IMG/VR virus record: IMGVR_UViG_3300024259_001623
Source: a virus
Taxonomy: Duplodnaviria > Caudoviricetes
DNA length: 64,000 nucleotides
Strand: one strand, 5' to 3'
The notes under the pieces are model-generated. The model saw nothing but the letters and a program-made list of their open reading frames with translations. It made no database searches and was not told the DNA's origin. Both the position numbers and the translations under genes were made by a program. Shown here piece by piece: positions 55,105 through 64,000 of the stretch (position 1 is its first letter; each line of letters begins with the position of its first letter).

Positions 55105-57256
55105 AATAATCTCCTTTTACCCCAACAACTGTCTAATCATAAACATTCCTCTTCTATGAATATCTGCTATCTGATCTTGAACATTCTTAACAGATTCAGT
55201 AGTTGCAGCCATCCTGATCATTTTTCTATTCATCTTTCTTAACTTGGCTATCTTAGTCATCATGTTTACATAAACTGCAACAGCCTGCTTATATCCTTCC
55301 CATCTAGACAACTTGCTCTCTAATAAAGTGAATATCTGCTTTAATCTTGGAGAAAGAGGACCGCCAGCAATCATAGAAATCATGTCTCTACCATTTAATT
55401 TATTAATTCCTAACTCTTTATAAAGTCCTGGTCCTATATCTTCCAGAATACCTTTCAATTTAGCGTGACCGCCAATCTTATCTTTTGGAGAACCTTCCGG
55501 TTTTGGCCCCAAAGACGCGTGATATCTAATAAATGTCAAGAAATTTTGTCTAGCGATCTGGAAATCTTTTATTCTCTTCTCTCTTTCTTCTGGCATTAAG
55601 GTAGATATTTCTTTTTCCAGTTTTCCTTTACCTCTTATAAAAGCAATAAGAGCATCTGCTGCTAATCTGCCCCATACCTGACCAGATTGAGAAGTATACT
55701 GTTGAGAAGTTAATTCAGATCTTGCGTCTATATATTTTTGACTCTGCTCTAAAGTATGTTTGATAAAATTATCATCATTTAAGAAGCCAGCCAATGTTTT
55801 ATCTTGATATGCAGCATTAGAAGAAACAGATTCCCTGATTCTATCATAAAGATCGCTGCTACCGGCTAGCCCCTGAGACTGCAATCTTTCAGAAACATTT
55901 TTAATATCAGCTTTCATTTTATATAACAAATTATTGTATTGTGTAGCCGTTTGAGTGCTAATAGTATTAGCCATCTGATTACTATAAGAACTTTTCCCGG
56001 TTTTATCCCATCTTATTCTACCCCTATTATTGAAGATACCTTGAGGAGTAGCATAAGATTCGCCAGGAGCTAATTTTTCCAGCATACTATCTATCTGTTT
56101 TTGGCATTTAGCTCCGCAATCTTCTCCACTGTCATCCATTAGTTTTAATAATTTTCTTAATTCTGGGTCTTTTACTTCTTCTGGTTTTCTCAAGAAAGTA
56201 GCATTAGAGAAAAGATCAGATACCTGTCTCTTAAACAATTCAGATTTCAAAGAAACTAAGTCTACAGCGCCAATAGCTGCATCTTTGCTACTTTGACTAA
56301 CTCCAGAAAGAGAATCTACATATGTCCCCATCACATCTTGCATTTCATCCATAAAACCTTTAACTAAGACAGATCCATCTCTAACAGAATTAATCCTTTC
56401 CTCTGGACTCATTCTACTTTCGATTCTATCAACAACTGTCTTATCAAAATCTGCTGACTCAGCTACGCTTCTTTCTTCCCCTTGGTCATCTGTAGCGGTA
56501 GGCATACTTTTCTCTTTATGAGGGAATTCTTTATAAGCAGCATATGCCGCAATATCTTCCGCTCTTCTAAGAATACCTGGAAGAACTCTTTGATCTCCAG
56601 CCTTCAGCAACTCGCTAAGATGTTCCTGCAAATCATTACCTAATGTTCCATCAGAATGAAGAGACAATAATTTTTCTTTTGTTGGGCCTGTTATACTTTT
56701 CTTTAATGGTCTAACATAAGCCTTGCCTGGGGCACGAGCTTCAACTCTAGTATTAACGATATCATCTTCTGAATAACCACTAGCCAAAGCTTTCTGCACA
56801 TCTTTGTTATATCGTGTTTGATCTTTTGCGATTTCGGACTGTAACTGATAATCCCAAGATTTTTTAACATCTCCCCACCCTTCCTGTAGATGGTCTGGAA
56901 CTAAATCTTCATTATTAACAAAAATCGCCAATCTTGAATCTCTCAAGTCTCCCTGAGCGCCATAATCATACATTCTATGATTAGTTCCAAGAGCAGCTTC
57001 CATAGCTTGCCATAAATAACCTGAAACAATAGCTACTCTCTCTTCTCTTGAAATGCCTCTATCAAGTAATCCTAATCTTTGTGCTGCTCCACCAGGATAA
57101 CTATACCTACTTTTAATTTTACTTGCCAAACGTACTAGACTCTCCATAAATTCATCAGTTTCAACAACACCTTCTGGAGGGAAATTCTCTTTAAAAAGCT
57201 TAGATTGATCTGTTGGCATAAAGTAATTGGAAATACCAAAGAAATTAGTCTTATCA
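52708..57256. repeat. Tandem duplication of about 2.15 kb (52708-54856 vs 55117-57256)
   Basis: Stops 2409 nt apart; long identical tracts, e.g. about 70 nt from ~52871 and ~55280, and about 57 nt from 53761 and 56170. Confidence 0.93.
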
Positions 57257-58005
57257 CTTTTAACAGCTTTTGCGTCTAATAAATCACTAAAATTGAATTT
57301 AGAACCAGTATCTTGATCCTCATTAACAGCCGCCTCGTCAGCCTCAGCCATCTGCTCTCTTACTTCTTCAATTTCTCCGCGATTATCTTCATACAGTTCA
57401 TCAGTCTGTGTAACAGGTGCCTCAGCGGGGGCTTCAGCAGGAGCTTCCACAGGGGCTTCTACTGTCTCAGGAGCCTCTATAACTGGTTCTTCTTCTATCG
57501 GGGCCTCTGTCTCAACAACGGTTTCTGGGGCCTCTTCTGTTACATAATCCTCGCTCCCCAACATATCAATATAATTGATGATTTCTTCTTTAGCGATATC
57601 ATATGTAACATATTCTTTTTGTAAATTAGAATTGATATCTGAGAATAACTCTTGTAGTACTGCGTTAGTATCAAAATCTATTCCCTGTTCCGCAGAGTAT
57701 TCTTTGAAAAAATCCAAATCTTCTTGGGAGAATCCACCTTCTTCTGCTTCAAAGCCGTATTCTGGTTGTACCGAAGTATCTGCAAATTCATCATCTTCGG
57801 AGATTTCTACTAAGCCTTCTCCTGGCCTAGCAACAGGTCTAGCAACGCCAGTGGGGTCTATAACAGCTTGTTCTTGCCCATAACCTTCATCAAAATCTTC
57901 TACCCATTCTCCTTCATCGTTCACATAGCCAGACTGTTTTTTAATTTTATTTGTATCTGCCGACTTTTTCAAATTGAATTTCTTTCTGGCCTTTTCAAAA
58001 GACAT
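55117..58005 (-). CDS. Large hypothetical protein, paralogue B with acidic EAP-repeat N-terminal extension
   Basis: 962 aa; EAPVEAPAEAPAEAPV repeats near 57413-57536. Confidence 0.85.
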   Translation of the reverse strand: MSFEKARKKFNLKKSADTNKIKKQSGYVNDEGEWVEDFDEGYGQEQAVIDPTGVARPVARPGEGLVEISEDDEFADTSVQPEYGFEAEEGGFSQEDLDFFKEYSAEQGIDFDTNAVLQELFSDINSNLQKEYVTYDIAKEEIINYIDMLGSEDYVTEEAPETVVETEAPIEEEPVIEAPETVEAPVEAPAEAPAEAPVTQTDELYEDNRGEIEEVREQMAEADEAAVNEDQDTGSKFNFSDLLDAKAVKSDKTNFFGISNYFMPTDQSKLFKENFPPEGVVETDEFMESLVRLASKIKSRYSYPGGAAQRLGLLDRGISREERVAIVSGYLWQAMEAALGTNHRMYDYGAQGDLRDSRLAIFVNNEDLVPDHLQEGWGDVKKSWDYQLQSEIAKDQTRYNKDVQKALASGYSEDDIVNTRVEARAPGKAYVRPLKKSITGPTKEKLLSLHSDGTLGNDLQEHLSELLKAGDQRVLPGILRRAEDIAAYAAYKEFPHKEKSMPTATDDQGEERSVAESADFDKTVVDRIESRMSPEERINSVRDGSVLVKGFMDEMQDVMGTYVDSLSGVSQSSKDAAIGAVDLVSLKSELFKRQVSDLFSNATFLRKPEEVKDPELRKLLKLMDDSGEDCGAKCQKQIDSMLEKLAPGESYATPQGIFNNRGRIRWDKTGKSSYSNQMANTISTQTATQYNNLLYKMKADIKNVSERLQSQGLAGSSDLYDRIRESVSSNAAYQDKTLAGFLNDDNFIKHTLEQSQKYIDARSELTSQQYTSQSGQVWGRLAADALIAFIRGKGKLEKEISTLMPEEREKRIKDFQIARQNFLTFIRYHASLGPKPEGSPKDKIGGHAKLKGILEDIGPGLYKELGINKLNGRDMISMIAGGPLSPRLKQIFTLLESKLSRWEGYKQAVAVYVNMMTKIAKLRKMNRKMIRMAATTESVKNVQDQIADIHRRGMFMIRQLLG

Positions 58006-58048
58006 TATAAACTCCCATTATATTTTATTACAATAACCCTATGCAAAA

Positions 58049-59794
58049 TTAATTTCCATTATTTTCGTACCTTTCCTCTATTTTTGCTACAATAGGATCT
58101 CTTACTATACTTTTTTTAGTTAATTGATGAATACCTACTCCATCAATGCCCACAAAACGACTAATAGCGTCTTTAAGACCGTTTGATTCCTTTATATCGG
58201 ATTGTCCTAAATCTCCAGTAACTATACATTTAGATCCTTGTCCGATTCTAGTCAAAAACATTCTCATTTGGCCCTTCAAAGAATTTTGAAATTCATCTCC
58301 AATAACTATAGCCTTATTAAATGTAACTCCTCTTTGAAAAGCTAATGGTAATGTAATAATCTCTTTATCTTTAAGCATTCTTTGTAATTCTATTTCTGGA
58401 ATCCTATCGCATAAAAAGCTTATTAGGGGAAGCATATATGGAGCTAATTTTTCTTCCATATCGCCAGGCAAGAATCCTAATTTCTCTCCATATGCTTCAA
58501 CAGCAGGACGAGTCAAAATCATTTTGTCGAATTTACCATGTAAAAGCTCATTTAATCCCCACATTGTAGCCAAAAAAGTATTATGCGTAACAATGCAATT
58601 ATTAGTCAAATATAAATGATCTTCACTATCCAAATAAATACATTGAGCTAAAGTTTTTCTACTTTTTTCTATTTTTGATATAACTCTCTTTACCTTATAT
58701 TTCGTTCTTTTCTTAGTTTTATCTTTTTTCCTTTGCAGATTAAACAACTCACTAGGATCATTATATCTAATAAAGCATCTGTAAGCCTTTCGACCTTTCT
58801 TTTTTTCTCCATTATATGTATATGATGTGCACCTTTCTTTTATTACGCAAATCCCTCCCAATGATCCAATAACTTCTTTAACGTCAAAAGCCAATTGATG
58901 AGAAGTAGTCGTAAAGCCAATCTGACCCCCCTTTTCCACGTAGCCATCCGAATCAAATAACCCCCTTAAAATACCAACCCTGACATTTCTGAGATTGTAT
59001 TTGTAATTATCTGGAATAAATTTCTCATAAGAAAGTTTTTTATATAAGCCACACTTTTCCAACTTATCGGTATAATAATTCCTATCGTTACGTTTCTTTT
59101 TCCTACAGATAGAATAACCAAACTTATGCTTTAATCTGTGAATTTCATAATCTTCCTTGATAACCATATATTGCAAAACTTCGCTATCATCTGTATAAAT
59201 TTGAGGACTTGCAAGTTTTAACATCCCATCGCCGATTAAAAATCCTAATAAATATGGATCTATATCCACTTCCTGTTCATTAAAATAAACCTCTTCTGGA
59301 ACACTTATTGACAACTTGTTATAACCGGAATGCGTTTTATAATTATTCAGAATCCACTCTAAGTCTCGAACCTTTTCAGATTTCCACCACTTACAATCTA
59401 TTTTCCATAAATGTTCCTTACAACATTCAACACTATCCCCATCAGAAAATGTAATCTTATAAATTTGTTTTTCGCCTTGAGGATAAACTTCTAAAACTTT
59501 TGCCGAAGAACCATCTGGAGTACAAATATCATTTCCAACCTTTATTTCTCCCATTTTTTTTGGTCCGTTTGGAGTATAAACCAAAGAATCTAATGGCTGT
59601 GCCTTACCTGTTCCGGGAGGACCATAAACAAAATCGATTTTGTTTTCATTAAAAGATTTTAAAATGACTTTTTGTTCATCTGTCTTAGCTGTTGGACTAC
59701 AATTAAATACTTTTTTCTTTTGAGAAGTGGTGGCTACTGGCATTCTTGTTGACACTTTCCTTGCTGTAGCCTTCTTAATTTTTCTTGTTGACAA
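58049..59794 (-). CDS. phoH: PhoH-family ATPase, intein-containing; 240 aa after splicing
   Basis: TTG start; GPPGTGK[intein]TFLA, LTRPAVEA, LGFLPGDMEEKLAPY, QRGVTF, DEFQN, LTRIG, VTGDLGQSD, IVRDPIV. Confidence 0.95.
   Translation of the reverse strand: MSTRKIKKATARKVSTRMPVATTSQKKKVFNCSPTAKTDEQKVILKSFNENKIDFVYGPPGTGKAQPLDSLVYTPNGPKKMGEIKVGNDICTPDGSSAKVLEVYPQGEKQIYKITFSDGDSVECCKEHLWKIDCKWWKSEKVRDLEWILNNYKTHSGYNKLSISVPEEVYFNEQEVDIDPYLLGFLIGDGMLKLASPQIYTDDSEVLQYMVIKEDYEIHRLKHKFGYSICRKKKRNDRNYYTDKLEKCGLYKKLSYEKFIPDNYKYNLRNVRVGILRGLFDSDGYVEKGGQIGFTTTSHQLAFDVKEVIGSLGGICVIKERCTSYTYNGEKKKGRKAYRCFIRYNDPSELFNLQRKKDKTKKRTKYKVKRVISKIEKSRKTLAQCIYLDSEDHLYLTNNCIVTHNTFLATMWGLNELLHGKFDKMILTRPAVEAYGEKLGFLPGDMEEKLAPYMLPLISFLCDRIPEIELQRMLKDKEIITLPLAFQRGVTFNKAIVIGDEFQNSLKGQMRMFLTRIGQGSKCIVTGDLGQSDIKESNGLKDAISRFVGIDGVGIHQLTKKSIVRDPIVAKIEERYENNGN
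58580..59602 (-). mobile_element. Class 3 intein (341 aa) with in-frame LAGLIDADG endonuclease
   Basis: Ala1 (AQPLDSLV); WCT triplet EHLW / AQCI / VTHN; LLGFLIGDG and LRGLFDSDG; +1 Thr. Confidence 0.93.
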
Positions 59795-59817
59795 AAAAAT
59801 AGTCTCCTTGTATATAA

Positions 59818-60225
59818 TTAAGATCTAAATAATAAAACTGTATCTTTATTCTCAACAGATACATCTATACCTTCAAAAATATATTTTGTATGCTTTTTAT
59901 CATACTCCATAAATACATCTACAATAAAATCCCAGTCCTTCTTTTTCATAAAATGACTTTTACCAGATAATACTTTATATTTTATCCTTAAAAGATCTAT
60001 ATTATACTCTTCTTTTAACTCGTCTAATCTCTTATCCACATGATTTCTCATGAATACGTCTTCCCATCCACAAACATGATAGGATTTCTGTATGTTCTTT
60101 TGCTGCTCTGAAGATAAACTATTAAAAATAGTATCTCTTTGGCTTTTATCCAAATATTTTGCATAAAACCAATACTCCGCAAAATCTGCAAAAACATCAT
60201 TATTCTTGATATTTTTAGTAGCCAT
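59818..60225 (-). CDS. Hypothetical protein
   Basis: 135 aa, AAGGAG SD. Confidence 0.75.
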   Translation of the reverse strand: MATKNIKNNDVFADFAEYWFYAKYLDKSQRDTIFNSLSSEQQKNIQKSYHVCGWEDVFMRNHVDKRLDELKEEYNIDLLRIKYKVLSGKSHFMKKKDWDFIVDVFMEYDKKHTKYIFEGIDVSVENKDTVLLFRS

Positions 60226-60269
60226 TTTTAAACTCCTTTAAAATGGAACTAATACTAATGTTATTATTG

Positions 60270-60683
60270 TTATTCTACAACTTTTATTTCCACACAATGG
60301 TCTGTTACTAAAATAGCACAATCCATACCAAAATTTTCCAACAATTTTAAACATTGTGCTTCCACATCTTTAAGGGCTTCAGTTGATGAAGGATTAGAAT
60401 TATTACCAACCTTTATATGTAACAACTTTCCTTTTACACTAAGTATATTAGGCATCTCGCCAATGTCTTTATTGTTATAATTATCAGTATTATCCTCTTT
60501 TACTTCAATTTTCTCTTTTTGCGCTGGTGGTTTTACTTGAGGTTTTACTTCAACCTTTTCTTTTTTAACTGGAGCTTTTTTCACTGTAGGCTTTTTAACT
60601 AATGGTTTTTTGATCAACGATGGAGTTTCTTTTTTAACTGTTGTTGTTTTCTCATTCATCTCATCTATCTTAATCTCTTCCAT
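60270..60683 (-). CDS. Hypothetical protein with Lys/Pro-rich N-terminal linker
   Basis: 137 aa, AGGAG SD. Confidence 0.75.
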   Translation of the reverse strand: MEEIKIDEMNEKTTTVKKETPSLIKKPLVKKPTVKKAPVKKEKVEVKPQVKPPAQKEKIEVKEDNTDNYNNKDIGEMPNILSVKGKLLHIKVGNNSNPSSTEALKDVEAQCLKLLENFGMDCAILVTDHCVEIKVVE

Positions 60684-60692
60684 AACCTTCTC

Positions 60693-61058
60693 CTATAAAT
60701 CTTTATTTTCTTTGCCATCGGCAATAATAGGAACATTTGTATTCTCAACGCCATCATCTTTCTTCTTGATAATCATCCTAATATCACCATTAGATAAGAT
60801 AAAAGCATTTTTCTCGTCTAATTTACCCTGAATCCAAGCAAGAACCATTCTCTTTTGAATATAAATACCTTCTCCACTCAAAATAGACGCCTTATGTACA
60901 TCAGGTAAATCCTTCACTACTTGGGCCTCACCTTTAGCAACTATATTTTTAAGATTAACAGAAGGCAAAAAATACAGAAAAATATCATCTCGCAAAATAA
61001 CACTTTCTATCTTCTTCATCTTTTCTTTAATCAGTGGATCATTCATGTTAAGCTTCAT
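60693..61058 (-). CDS. Hypothetical protein
   Basis: Start probably ATG 61058 (GAGGG SD). Confidence 0.7.
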   Translation of the reverse strand: MKLNMNDPLIKEKMKKIESVILRDDIFLYFLPSVNLKNIVAKGEAQVVKDLPDVHKASILSGEGIYIQKRMVLAWIQGKLDEKNAFILSNGDIRMIIKKKDDGVENTNVPIIADGKENKDL

Positions 61059-61225
61059 TTTTATCCCTCTATAAAATAACAATCTCTATGATATATATCG
61101 AAATATTTTTGACGATGTTACAATGCCACGAAAAACTTTATAAACATTTTCACAAAAACAACAAAGGAATAAAAACATACAACGAGAATATAATATATCT
61201 AAGTGACTATAGTAGGCAAAACAAA

Positions 61226-62125
61226 ATGAATGATAAAAAAAGAAATTACCAAAAATGGACAAATAATGAAACTAACTTTTTAATAAAAAATTACCCATCT
61301 AAAGGAAAAGAATTCTGTCTACAACACCTAAAAACTACAGAAACAAGAATGATGTTAAAGATTCAAAATCTTGGGCTAAAACTGAACAAAAAAACTTATA
61401 AAAAAGCAATACAAAAAAGATACGATAAACCAATGGACAACTATAACGTAAATCGTGATATTTTCAAAAATATAAACTTACCACAAGTAGCATACGTATT
61501 AGGTTTTTTATGGGCAGATGGGAACATATACCACAAAAACTATCATTATAAAATATCTACATCAATAAAAAAAATAGACGGTATTATATTAAAAAATATA
61601 TTTTTCAAAACTGGTAAATGGTCGATAAGTGAAAGAAAAAAATACACTACTGACACAAGAAACAATAGCGCTCAACTAAAAATAAGCACAAATAACAAAC
61701 ATTTATATAAACTATTAGAAAAATACGGATATAGAAATAAACAAAATGCCAAGAATATTACTAAAAAAATCCCAAAAACGTTATTGCATTATTGGTGGAG
61801 AGGATATTTCGATGGCGATGGATGTGTTTTTTATTCACAAAAAACAGGCTATAAAACATCTGTATCCATAAGTGGACCTTATGATACAAATTGGGAATTC
61901 GCAGAAAGCCTATTTGATAATCTAGGAATAAAATACTCGATAAATAGAAGACACAGTAAAAATGGATCTTCTTCGAACATAATAGCTTACCAAAGAGAAC
62001 ATGTAAATATATTTGGAGAGTATTTATATCGAGGAGAACTATTTGGACTTATAAGAAAATATAAACGTTTTCAAAATATAAAGAATTTTAAAAAGAAAAA
62101 TAAAAATTATTCTGTTTCGTCATAA
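61226..62125 (+). mobile_element. Free-standing double-motif LAGLIDADG homing endonuclease
   Basis: YVLGFLWADGNI and WWRGYFDGDGCV; N-terminal KWTNNETNFLIKNY HTH-like; only plus-strand gene in the window; likely start ATG 61226. Confidence 0.9.
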
Positions 62126-62709
62126 TAACTTCCTTTCTTTCCCCTATAATCATGAGCTTTATTAGCAGGATGGTTATAACACCATACATCATCATCATAA
62201 TATTTATTTATAGCATTCATTAAAAATATAATTTTTGATAAAGAAACAGGACTATAAGCATGCGCATCTATCCCGACATTGACCATATTCTTCTGAACCT
62301 TCCACAATCCATGAACATGACCACAAATGTTCCAACAATCTTTCTTCCCCTTTGTAGGATAATGATTCAAAAACATCTGCATTTTTTTGTTTTTCTGAGG
62401 CTTGATGTTCAACATTACATCTTCGCTAACAGACTCAAAATATTTCCTGTATTCATCATCAGGAATTTTGCCTTCGTGATTCCCCTTGATAAGATGCTTT
62501 TTACCATTCATATTAGAGACAACATCAAAAAACTTTTTGTCTGTTAATACATCTCCCAAAAAGAAAACTGTATCATCTTCCTTCACAAGACTATTATGTT
62601 TTTCAAGAATATCATTATTGAAATTCTCTACTGAGTCATAAGGTCTAAATAAAATATCAAATCTGTCATCTCCAAAATGATGATCAGAACAGAACCATAC
62701 ATTAGCCAC
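62107..62709 (-). CDS. Calcineurin-like metallophosphoesterase
   Basis: CSDHHFG, LGD, GNHE, NHYP, GHVHG. Confidence 0.92.
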   Translation of the reverse strand: MANVWFCSDHHFGDDRFDILFRPYDSVENFNNDILEKHNSLVKEDDTVFFLGDVLTDKKFFDVVSNMNGKKHLIKGNHEGKIPDDEYRKYFESVSEDVMLNIKPQKNKKMQMFLNHYPTKGKKDCWNICGHVHGLWKVQKNMVNVGIDAHAYSPVSLSKIIFLMNAINKYYDDDVWCYNHPANKAHDYRGKKGSYYDETE

Positions 62710-63478
62710 TATTCTTCTCCTTGTAACTCTTCATGAAGATATCTCCGTCTACAACCCATTTATCTTCTTTTTTCTCTTTATCTCTTAAAACGAAATCTCC
62801 ACATTTTCCCTTCATTCCATTAACTTCAAAGCTCCCTTCTTCAACAATCTCGACAGCCTCTACCTCTGAATACTTAGGCTTCCAAATCGTATAATCTCCC
62901 TTTACTCCAATCTTTTCGTATTTAGTTTCAACCCTCTTAGCCTTTTGAGGCCATGCTTCATCCATAACACCAATACAAATCAGATCATTCTCGTCAGCTT
63001 CCTGGTCCCCTTCCATTGTCTCTACATTGCCTTCGCTATTAACTAAACCCTGTTCTTTGGCCTTATCAAATGGTAATGTCTTCATAGTGGCAACTTTGTA
63101 ATAAGTTCCCCATAAATCTTCATCCGATAATACATCTGGCAGTTTCGACGCTTCTTTTCCTATCATCTCTTGATACTCCTTCTTGTCTTCCCTCGACAAA
63201 CAATATGTTGATAAAATCCACGTTAATAACTCTGTAGCTCGGCGAACCGCATAAAATTCTGTCGGCTCATGAACTCCAATTCTATCACCATCATTTGTCA
63301 CTACGTCCCAAAAACCATCTTCAGTTCTCTTTAAGTGAAAAAGATTTTTAGGCAATTTATGTTCTTTTCTTATAGATGGCAAAATCTTACAAGCGAATTG
63401 AGGGGTAAAATGTTCAGAGATATACTGTAGCAATGCACTGGATACAATATTCTTTTTAGCTACCTTGTACCAGTTCAT
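62702..63478 (-). CDS. Hypothetical protein with two tandem PGDYG-like repeats
   Basis: Start ATG 63478 by ATGA overlap (MNWYKVAKK); ETMEGDQEADENDLIC...EAWP and GKCGDFVL...KWVVDGDIFMKSY resemble the PGDYG-type domain. Confidence 0.6.
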   Translation of the reverse strand: MNWYKVAKKNIVSSALLQYISEHFTPQFACKILPSIRKEHKLPKNLFHLKRTEDGFWDVVTNDGDRIGVHEPTEFYAVRRATELLTWILSTYCLSREDKKEYQEMIGKEASKLPDVLSDEDLWGTYYKVATMKTLPFDKAKEQGLVNSEGNVETMEGDQEADENDLICIGVMDEAWPQKAKRVETKYEKIGVKGDYTIWKPKYSEVEAVEIVEEGSFEVNGMKGKCGDFVLRDKEKKEDKWVVDGDIFMKSYKEKNSG

Positions 63479-64000
63479 TTTTGAGTACCCCAAAATTTCA
63501 TCTCCTGAGCATAGCTAGGTTCTGTGTATTTGGGGTATCTATTCCCGTAGATATTTTGTCTCCAATCCGGAGATGTTTTATAACGCTTAGAATAATTAAC
63601 GTATGGAATATTGGAAGCGACATTATCTTCAAGGTCAACATCATCTAATTTGTCACTTAAAATAGGCCAAAATATAGATGTAGGAGTCTCATTATCTATA
63701 AAATCACTCATAGTCTCAACAGCGATTTTCTTTATTTTATTATATACCTTCTTGGCCTTAGCAAAATCAGATTTATCGTATGTCCAATATCTATTCCACC
63801 CCAAAGACCCCAAAAATGCATGATTAATAACTACAGCAACAGCAATTTTCTCTTTTGTTTCAGATATGGATATTCTTATTGTATAAGCATCCATGACATA
63901 TCTCTGCAAATCAAACATGGTCATCCACTCTCCATCCTGATTTGTAGCAGCGGCGTCATCTTCACAATCGAATCTGCCAGATGCGGTCTTTACTACTCTC
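63475..64000 (-). CDS. Hypothetical protein, 5'-truncated by the window end
   Basis: The frame of the 63475-63924 ORF stays open to the window edge (RVVKTASGRFDCEDD...GEWMTMF), so the listed ATG is probably internal. Confidence 0.8.
   Translation of the reverse strand, partial: RVVKTASGRFDCEDDAAATNQDGEWMTMFDLQRYVMDAYTIRISISETKEKIAVAVVINHAFLGSLGWNRYWTYDKSDFAKAKKVYNKIKKIAVETMSDFIDNETPTSIFWPILSDKLDDVDLEDNVASNIPYVNYSKRYKTSPDWRQNIYGNRYPKYTEPSYAQEMKFWGTQK

Noticed and set aside
52708-57256. Diversity-generating retroelement TR/VR pair
   Set aside because: Repeats are 2 kb full coding paralogues, differences are not restricted to adenines, and there is no reverse transcriptase in the window.
1-64000. 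Stop-codon recoding (TAG or TGA), as in some large phages
   Set aside because: Genes up to 2430 codons are intact under the standard code, and TAG, TGA and TAA all end tightly packed genes.
1-64000. tRNA, rRNA or other structured ncRNA genes
   Set aside because: Intergenic gaps are at most about 130 nt and AT-rich; no cloverleaf or rRNA-like sequence seen by eye. tRNAscan/Infernal were not run.

Overview
This 64 kb window is an AT-rich, densely packed piece of a large tailed dsDNA bacteriophage genome (jumbo/huge-phage type). Every credible gene except one is on the minus strand, and the genetic code is standard. 1-17 kb holds replication and host-takeover genes: a stand-alone CHC2 primase zinc finger, DnaB-like helicase, DnaC-like loader, Ycf46-type AAA+ ATPase, translation initiation factor IF-3, an adenine MTase, a UvsW-like SF2 helicase, a metallophosphoesterase and two glycosyltransferases. 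17-51 kb is a tail/neck module: giant LamG/FN3/Kelch/VWA and FN3/beta-propeller proteins, a hub-like protein, a poly-Ser protein, tape measure protein, tail assembly chaperones with a -1 frameshift, tail tube, a third glycosyltransferase, tail terminator and head-tail adaptor. 51-64 kb carries an actin-like ATPase, a tandem pair of large paralogues, PhoH, a free-standing LAGLIDADG nuclease and a second phosphoesterase. The standout is three inteins in three NTPase motifs with three architectures. (1) A naturally, atypically split intein (24-aa N part, 126-aa C part) fractures the AAA ATPase Walker A, with a free-standing endonuclease gene between the halves. (2) The SF2 helicase intein has its LAGLIDADG nuclease overprinted in the -1 frame while the intein frame stays open. 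(3) A class 3 (Ala1, WCT) intein sits in PhoH. No tRNA, rRNA or CRISPR array was seen. All assignments come from motifs recognised by eye; no database searches were run.
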